Assembly: GCA_019058275.1 (NCBI GenBank) | Contig: JAHLVW010000041.1 | Location: forward strand, 1 to 17,021 | Origin: Candidatus Heimdallarchaeota archaeon | GTDB taxonomy: Archaea > Asgardarchaeota > Heimdallarchaeia > JABLTI01 | Reading direction: 5' to 3' | Length of the DNA: 17,021 nt | In this document: positions 8,035-14,240 of the stretch, piece after piece | Layout: every line of letters begins with the position of its first letter | How positions within the stretch are numbered: position 1 is the stretch's first letter | The notes under the pieces: model-generated | The model's input: the letters and a program-made list of their open reading frames with translations, nothing else | The model's database searches: none | What the model was told of the DNA's origin: nothing | Made by a program: the position numbers and the translations under genes

Positions 8035-8715
8035 ATGTATGTTGCTGGTATAGATGAAGCAGGACGTGGTCCTGTCCTTGGTCCCTTGGTCATTGCAGGT
8101 GTAGTTTTGTTAAAGGATGATATTGATCAATTAGTTGAGGATGGGTTGAAAGATTCAAAACTACTGTCAAAAACAAAAAGAGAGCAACTCTATAAACAAA
8201 TATTGGTTGTAACCCCTGATTACCAAGTAACAATAATCAAAGCTTCTAAAATAGATGAACAGCGTGCAAATGGTATAAATTTGAATAAAATAGAAATAGC
8301 TGCTATTATTGAGCTTCTAAATTTAATGAAAAACTGGGATAAAGCATATGTAGATGCATGTGATACAAACGCTGAAAAATTCGAATTAATGCTCAGAAAT
8401 ACTGTTAAAAAAGACATTATAGCAGAACACTATGCTGATTTAACTTATCCTGTTGTATCAGCAGCTTCTGTTATAGCAAAAGTGATAAGAGATTCGCAAA
8501 TAGAAAAAGCTCAAAGGAAATTTGAAGTTGATTTTGGGAGTGGTTACCCAAGTGATCCGAAAACAATACAATTTCTAAAAGACTATTACATGGAACATAA
8601 ACAATTTCCAGGAATTGCTAGAAAAAGCTGGGAAACGATTAAAAACATAATTCGTGAACAAGAACAATCGAATTTGGATGAATTCTTTTCCAACTCTAAA
8701 AATAAAAAAAGCTAG
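8035..8715 (+). CDS. rnhB: Ribonuclease HII with C-terminal PIP box
   Basis: GIDEAGRGPVLGP, DSKLL, YVDA, VSAASVIAKVIRD, GSGYPSDPKT, R.SW.T; C-terminal QSNLDEFF PCNA-interacting motif. Confidence 0.97.
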   Translation: MYVAGIDEAGRGPVLGPLVIAGVVLLKDDIDQLVEDGLKDSKLLSKTKREQLYKQILVVTPDYQVTIIKASKIDEQRANGINLNKIEIAAIIELLNLMKNWDKAYVDACDTNAEKFELMLRNTVKKDIIAEHYADLTYPVVSAASVIAKVIRDSQIEKAQRKFEVDFGSGYPSDPKTIQFLKDYYMEHKQFPGIARKSWETIKNIIREQEQSNLDEFFSNSKNKKS

Positions 8716-9692
8716 TTTTCAGATTTCTTATCTTTCTTCTTTTTAATTAGTTCGTCAATTGACATTATTGGAACACCATCAATGTTTGTTTTTGGTGTTT
8801 CACTACCAACAATAATTAAAGGATCTGCTTCAGCTACTCTTGAGACGCTGTAAGTTATCTGGATTTTTTTTGCTATATCATCTTTAGAGGATTCTTCAGC
8901 TATTCCAGTGATAGTTGTAGGAATTTTATCCTTTTCATGTTGAGTGATAAGTGTTTTTGCTAGAACTCTTATTGGCAATTTTTTAGTCCATAATTGATCC
9001 TTTAAGCCGATAGCGTCAAAGTGTTTCTTAACCTCACGCTCAATATCGCTTTTAGGAACACTACTAAAAGAACTAGGAGTAGTAACAGAGCCAATTCGTT
9101 TCATTCCTTCAAAAAGATTAATAGCTAAAGTTAATGGTTCATCAAGTAATTCTTCAATTCTCATAGCAGTCTCTAAAGAGACATCAACTGTACTTCGCTC
9201 GTATTCGTAAATTGCTCTTTTTGAGATTCCAACCTCTCGAGCAAAATCACCCATGCTGTAATTCTTCTCAAGTCTTTTCTCTTTAAGCAAATGACCATCG
9301 AATTTTACTTTAAACCCACCACGGTGTGCATAAATGAGAGGGGGAAGGTGATTAACTAGCAAATTGTATAGAGTCTCTAATGAAACAGCAGGAATTTGAT
9401 ACCGGGTGTAAACAATACTATTTTCAATATCGGTTGTACTTCTAATCCTTTTACCAATAATAAGTGGAAAACCATCAAGCATTGATGCGAGTTTGCGAAG
9501 CTCAAAGGCTTGTTCCTCTCTAAAACTATCAATATTAGTAACTAATTTGAGGAGAAGTAGAATAGTTTGTTTTTTAGCAACTAAATCAAAACAACCACCA
9601 CAACCAAGTAGGGGAGTAGATAAATCGAAATGAGATTTTTCAAGGATTTGAGCAACTCCTCGGTAAAATTGCTGGTATTCGTCTGCTATCAT
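8712..9692 (-). CDS. Archaeal putative HTH transcriptional regulator (COG1395-like, Cro/C1-type HTH)
   Basis: CFDLVAKK...LLLKLVTNIDS...VYTRY.IP...PPLIYAHRGGFKVKFDG..LKEKR....SMGDFAREVGISKRAIYEYE. GGAGGAG SD precedes ATG 9692 (the ORF track starts at 9707). The stop overlaps rnhB. Confidence 0.85.
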   Translation of the reverse strand: MIADEYQQFYRGVAQILEKSHFDLSTPLLGCGGCFDLVAKKQTILLLLKLVTNIDSFREEQAFELRKLASMLDGFPLIIGKRIRSTTDIENSIVYTRYQIPAVSLETLYNLLVNHLPPLIYAHRGGFKVKFDGHLLKEKRLEKNYSMGDFAREVGISKRAIYEYERSTVDVSLETAMRIEELLDEPLTLAINLFEGMKRIGSVTTPSSFSSVPKSDIEREVKKHFDAIGLKDQLWTKKLPIRVLAKTLITQHEKDKIPTTITGIAEESSKDDIAKKIQITYSVSRVAEADPLIIVGSETPKTNIDGVPIMSIDELIKKKKDKKSEN

Positions 9693-9820
9693 TAGCTCCT
9701 CCACCAATGGGTTGTGATTAGTTCTAAGCTATATATATGCTAAACTAACTGAAAAAGTCATTGACAACTTTAATAGTGTTACCATTCTTACGTAGCATAA
9801 AATGTTATCTAAAAAGAAGA

Positions 9821-10813
9821 TTAGTCCTTGTGCTTCTGAATGATTAATTTTAATGGTTTAGCTAAACGATCATCCATAACGAAGAGTTTACTGCCATCTT
9901 TCAAGTTCTTCTTACTAATAACCATAGCACTATCGAGAATAATTCCTTTTAGCATAATTTTAGGTTCAGCTAAGCCAAAGGCATAAGCGATTCTTGTTAG
10001 AAGTTCAGCAACAGTTTCGCCATCTTCGACTGTTAAAGTAGCTTCATCTAAATCATAGTAACCGCCACATACTGGACAATTGAATTTTCTTTCGAGGTGA
10101 AGAACAGTGGTTGTGTTTGTCATACCATCATAGAAAAGGTAATTGTTTAGAGGAACACCTAAGTTCATAATATGCTTCAAAGCTTCTTGGCTTAAAATAG
10201 CACCAATAATCATAGAAATGGTGGCAACAGCAGGCATAGGTGCTTCCTTCTTCTTAGGAATGTGTTTTCGTTTTTCACCAATAGGACTACAAGCTTGACT
10301 TAATTTTTCTTGGGGAATTAATGGTTGACATTCAAAACAAGGTGTTTCATAAGGAATGATTCTTTGAACATGTCCCATTAGTCCATACATGCCACCTGAA
10401 AACAAAGGTTTTTTGAGATCAACTGCAAGAGAATTCAACCAACGGCGAGCATCAAAAGAGTCAAGACCAGCTATAATAACATCAGCCTTTTCATAATGCG
10501 AACGTTTAACATTCTCAAGTTTCATTGGAAGCGAAACAACATCAATATCAGGATTTATTCGACGTAATTTTTTAGCAGCAACTTCAGACTTGTATTTTCG
10601 AACTTCTCTTTTATGGAAAAGGAGCTGACGGTTTAAGTTAGAGACTTCAATAGTATCCATATCACAGAGAATCAAATTTCCAATACCGCTTAGAGCAAGA
10701 TTTGTGCTAATGAATGATCCAAGGGCTCCTATACCAGCAATGAATGCTGTTGCATCTTGTAGCTTTTCTTGATCCCAACCATCGATTCTTATTTGGCGGT
10801 CGTATCTGGACAA
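9821..10813 (-). CDS. Ubiquitin-activating E1-like enzyme (ThiF/MoeB fold, Uba3-like) with C-terminal ubiquitin-fold-like domain
   Basis: RYDRQ, GIGALG, DMDTIEVSNLNRQLLF, GLDSFDARRWLN, CFEC, candidate catalytic Cys in QACS, CPVC, and a ~75 aa C-terminal beta-grasp-like segment. TTG start preceded by GGAG. Confidence 0.9.
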   Translation of the reverse strand: MSRYDRQIRIDGWDQEKLQDATAFIAGIGALGSFISTNLALSGIGNLILCDMDTIEVSNLNRQLLFHKREVRKYKSEVAAKKLRRINPDIDVVSLPMKLENVKRSHYEKADVIIAGLDSFDARRWLNSLAVDLKKPLFSGGMYGLMGHVQRIIPYETPCFECQPLIPQEKLSQACSPIGEKRKHIPKKKEAPMPAVATISMIIGAILSQEALKHIMNLGVPLNNYLFYDGMTNTTTVLHLERKFNCPVCGGYYDLDEATLTVEDGETVAELLTRIAYAFGLAEPKIMLKGIILDSAMVISKKNLKDGSKLFVMDDRLAKPLKLIIQKHKD

Positions 10814-10963
10814 GTCTCTCCACGCTCATAGTCATAGTACTAATGCTGTTTTACAGTTAAAGCAAATAACTTTTTCGATATAGCTAATGAGTCTTCCAAA
10901 TTTCAAAAAGTTATTTCCCAAAGCAATAATTTTTATACTCAATTGATTTGCAATAACACAGAC

Positions 10964-10997
10964 TTACCATTTATGGTAAAAAATTACATGTAATTTT
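10964..10997. promoter_or_regulatory. Two adjacent inverted repeats (putative operator sites) between the divergent E1 and SPFH genes
   Basis: TTACCAT-TT-ATGGTAA (10964-10979) immediately followed by the perfect 18-bp palindrome AAAATTACATGTAATTTT (10980-10997), about 25 nt downstream of a TTTTTATA box at 10930-10937. Confidence 0.45.
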
Positions 10998-11019
10998 ACA
11001 GAAAATAGGTGCATAATTT

Positions 11020-11997
11020 ATGCCAGAAGTTTATGAATGGATGGGCGCAAGGCCCGGAGACATAGTTTATCGACACCCAGATGATCGTATTCAATGGGGG
11101 TCACAAATCATCGTAAAGCAAAATCAAGCAGCAATCCTCTTCAAGGAAGGCAAAGCTTTCGATGTACTTACACCAGGAAGACACTTTATTAAAACAAAGA
11201 ATCTTCCATTAATTACTAAATTCCTTTCAAGGATTGTAGGTTACGATCGTGAACCTTTCAATGCTGAAGTTATTTTTGTAAGCACAAGTGATTTCAAAGG
11301 AAAATTTGGTGGAAGAAGCCAAACACAAGATCTTGCTCCATTACAATTCCACGGTGAATATTATTGGGAAGTCAAAGATCCCAGTGCTTTTGTCCTGGAA
11401 ATTGTTGGAAATCAAACAATTTACAATTCAACTGCTGCAATGGATTATCTAAGATCATTCTTCATTCAAACATCAATTTCCAATCTCGCGGGATTCAAAC
11501 TAATCCAAGTCATGCAGCAATTAGATGTTGTTAGTGAAGAAATCGAGAAAGTAATCTTCCCACAATTGACCCGATGGGGAATCAATCTCATTGACCTCAA
11601 GTACATGGGTGTAGATACTACACAAGAATATCGTGACCGATTATTCTGGATGCAATCAGGTGTTTCTGCAGACAAGTTACTTACCTTAAAGACTGTAGAA
11701 AAATCATCAGAACATCTTGGCAAATCATCTGGTGCAGGATTCGGTGCTGGTATGGTCCTTTTGCCTGAGCTTATGAGACAAGCCGAAAAAGCAAAGTCTT
11801 CAGGAAAAGCAGATGAAAAAGCTATTGTTACCTGTCCAAAATGTGGTGGACACACTTCACCTGCAGCAAAATTCTGTCCAAAATGTGGAACTCAAATGGG
11901 TGTAAAAGCAAAGAAAGCCTTACAGTTCTGCACTAATTGTGGAGACAAAATCGATCCTGGAGAGAAATTCTGTTCTGCTTGTGGACAAAAATTTTAA
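11020..11997 (+). CDS. SPFH (Band 7, YdjI-like) domain protein with C-terminal double zinc ribbon
   Basis: I.WGSQIIVKQNQAAILFKEGKAFDVL.PGRH.IKT.NLP...PF.AEVIFV...GKFG..., a GAGFGAGM linker, and four CxxC (CPKC, CPKC, CTNC, CSAC). Confidence 0.88.
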   Translation: MPEVYEWMGARPGDIVYRHPDDRIQWGSQIIVKQNQAAILFKEGKAFDVLTPGRHFIKTKNLPLITKFLSRIVGYDREPFNAEVIFVSTSDFKGKFGGRSQTQDLAPLQFHGEYYWEVKDPSAFVLEIVGNQTIYNSTAAMDYLRSFFIQTSISNLAGFKLIQVMQQLDVVSEEIEKVIFPQLTRWGINLIDLKYMGVDTTQEYRDRLFWMQSGVSADKLLTLKTVEKSSEHLGKSSGAGFGAGMVLLPELMRQAEKAKSSGKADEKAIVTCPKCGGHTSPAAKFCPKCGTQMGVKAKKALQFCTNCGDKIDPGEKFCSACGQKF

Positions 11998-12006
11998 TTG
12001 AATTTT

Positions 12007-12040
12007 TTCCTCTTTGAGGAATTTCTTTCTTTTTTTATTA
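12007..12040 (+). terminator. Hairpin plus T-tract between the convergent SPFH and PrsW genes
   Basis: TTCCTC-TTT-GAGGAA (12007-12021) followed by TTTCTTTCTTTTTTT. Confidence 0.45.
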
Positions 12041-12811
12041 TCAATTAGATGATTTGATATCGTTTTGTATCTCTGGAAAATGCTTCCGGTCATATTTTAT
12101 CAATGAAGAGCTTATTACGGACATCAGTAACAAGTAGATAACCAAAAATGCAAAATTAGCTCCATAAAAATTCAAACCTATAAAGTAGTAATGGAATAAA
12201 TAAGTGACAATGCTCCAAATAGTATGAAGGAGAATAGCAGTGATAACTCCAGGTGTGATTTTCTTTTCCATAAATTTATGCCTTGTAAAATAAACACCAA
12301 CAAGACCTGTAAATAAAGCATGAGTCCCTGGAATTCTTATGGTTCGTATTAAGGCTATCTCAAAACCTTGTAACCAAGTAGTACTTAAGATTGCATAAGC
12401 AATAGCATCTACAACACCGGCACCAGTACCAATAGTTGCGCCATAAAAGAACCCATCAAATAATCCATCAATTTCCTCCATAGTTATAAAACATCTGCGC
12501 CATAACATTAGTCCCTTAATAGTTTCTTCAAAAATGGCTTGAATAAAAACGATAGCAAGCATAAAAAGAATAATTGACCAGTCAGAAGTCATGTTATCAG
12601 TAACTCTTTTAGCACCCATGAACAGAGGGATTGAAAAACCAATTAAAAATAAGCCTGTAAAAAACCCCCACAAAAAGGTTTTGGCAACTAAAATCCAGGG
12701 TTCTCTTTCCATAACATCTTTAATATAGAACATAATAACAGTAAATGCTCCGCCAAACAATGGCACAATGATAGTTAAGATAGCCAAAGTAATATCAATT
12801 GCAGAACCCAA
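12041..12811 (-). CDS. PrsW-family intramembrane protease (motifs partly divergent)
   Basis: Multi-TM protein with D..EREP, EETIKG, DGFFYGATIGTG, R....HALFTG, LHTIW. GGTGA SD precedes TTG 12811. Confidence 0.85.
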   Translation of the reverse strand: MGSAIDITLAILTIIVPLFGGAFTVIMFYIKDVMEREPWILVAKTFLWGFFTGLFLIGFSIPLFMGAKRVTDNMTSDWSIILFMLAIVFIQAIFEETIKGLMLWRRCFITMEEIDGLFDGFFYGATIGTGAGVVDAIAYAILSTTWLQGFEIALIRTIRIPGTHALFTGLVGVYFTRHKFMEKKITPGVITAILLHTIWSIVTYLFHYYFIGLNFYGANFAFLVIYLLLMSVISSSLIKYDRKHFPEIQNDIKSSN

Positions 12812-12976
12812 TTGAAGCTCACCTAATCCATATCAAAGAATCATGCACTTACCATAATTAGTTTTACGTTATGTGCTTTAAGATAAAATATAATAGAAAA
12901 TGTTTTTCATCTGCTGAAAAAAGTAAATATCTTTTTAATTTCTTGAATTACTTATACATCTAAATCAAAAACATCA

Positions 12977-14209
12977 ATGTTAGTGAAAAATATGAGTGAA
13001 TCAAAAATACCTCGAGAACTACATCTAAAGATTGCTAAAGAGAAACATGAGCAATTACTAACAATTATGAAGGAACTGGATATTGATTGTTGGATTATTT
13101 TTGCGAGATCAACAATGTCAATACCTGATCCTATAATGGAATTAGTAGTTGTAGGTGATATTGTATGGAAATCAGCATTTATCTTTACATTAAAAGATAG
13201 CAAACTTACGAAAACAGCTTTAGTGGGTAATTATGATGTAATAAACGAAGAAGGGAAAGCGATATGGGATAAAGTCATAGGCTACAAGGAAGGAATAACA
13301 GAGCCATTCAAGAAATACATTGATGAGATAAATCCAAAGAAAATAGCCTTGAATTACTCAACAGATGATGTAACATCTGATGGATTAACTTATGGAATGT
13401 TTATGATAATTTCTGAAATCCTATCAGATCACAAAAAGAAATTTACCAGTGCAGAAAAGATAATCCAAAAATTAAGAGGGAGAAAATCAAAAGTAGAAAT
13501 AGCACTGGTAACAAAGGCTTGCGAATTAACAAAGGAAATCTATGCAAATATAGGTTCACAAATAAAGGTAGGGATGACTGAAACAGAAATACAAAGAATG
13601 TTTCATGATGAAATGGATAAATTGAGAGTTGTGGAGTCATGGCAGAGAAATTCTTGCCCAACAGTAGATGCAGGACCAGATAAGGAAATTGGACACGCAG
13701 GACCTCGACCAGATGGTAAGGTCCAAAAAGGACACACACTCCATTATGATTTCGGAGTAAAATTACATGGTTATTGTTCAGATATTCAAAGAATGTTCTT
13801 TTTCGGTAAGGAGGAAGAGATTCCAGAGGAATTAATACATGCTTTTGAAACAGTGCATGGAGCAATAACAATAGCGGCAGAATTCATCAAACCAGGAGTA
13901 AAAGGATACGAGGTAGATAAAATCGCTCGAGATTATGTTCTAGAAAGAGGATACGAAGAATATGGTCATGCACTAGGACACCAAGTTGGAACAAAAGCAC
14001 ATGATGGAGGAGCACTGCTTGGACCACTCTGGGAAAAATACAGGGATATACCAAAAGGATTGGTAGAAGAGAACATGATCTTCACACTCGAGTTAAACGT
14101 CAAAACAAAAAACTACGGATATGTATCACTAGAAGAGGACATAGTTGTAACAAAAGAAGGATGCAAATTTCTCATACCAAGACAAGAAAAATTCATAACA
14201 ATAGAATAA
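12977..14209 (+). CDS. M24 family Xaa-Pro aminopeptidase/prolidase-like metallopeptidase
   Basis: Metal ligands D (YDFG), D (CSDIQR), H (GHALGHQVG..AHD), E (FTLE), E (LEEDIVVT..G). The start may be ATG 12992. Confidence 0.92.
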   Translation: MLVKNMSESKIPRELHLKIAKEKHEQLLTIMKELDIDCWIIFARSTMSIPDPIMELVVVGDIVWKSAFIFTLKDSKLTKTALVGNYDVINEEGKAIWDKVIGYKEGITEPFKKYIDEINPKKIALNYSTDDVTSDGLTYGMFMIISEILSDHKKKFTSAEKIIQKLRGRKSKVEIALVTKACELTKEIYANIGSQIKVGMTETEIQRMFHDEMDKLRVVESWQRNSCPTVDAGPDKEIGHAGPRPDGKVQKGHTLHYDFGVKLHGYCSDIQRMFFFGKEEEIPEELIHAFETVHGAITIAAEFIKPGVKGYEVDKIARDYVLERGYEEYGHALGHQVGTKAHDGGALLGPLWEKYRDIPKGLVEENMIFTLELNVKTKNYGYVSLEEDIVVTKEGCKFLIPRQEKFITIE

Positions 14210-14221
14210 AAAATGAGAAAG

Positions 14222-14240
14222 AATCCCTAAAAAGGGATTT
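14222..14240. terminator. Putative bidirectional hairpin terminator
   Basis: AATCCCT-AAAA-AGGGATT perfect 7-bp stem between convergent stops, flanked by T-rich tracts on both strands. Confidence 0.55.

Noticed and set aside
5513-8417. Minus-strand ORFs 5513-5752, 7145-7330, 8220-8417
   Set aside because: Antisense to the TFE-beta-like gene, trm1 and rnhB, with no independent coding evidence.
8660-8690. PIP box QSNLDEFF on RNase HII as a novelty
   Set aside because: A well-established feature of archaeal RNase HII.
8712-8715. Overlapping stop codons (CTAG) of convergent rnhB and the HTH regulator
   Set aside because: Common in compact archaeal genomes.
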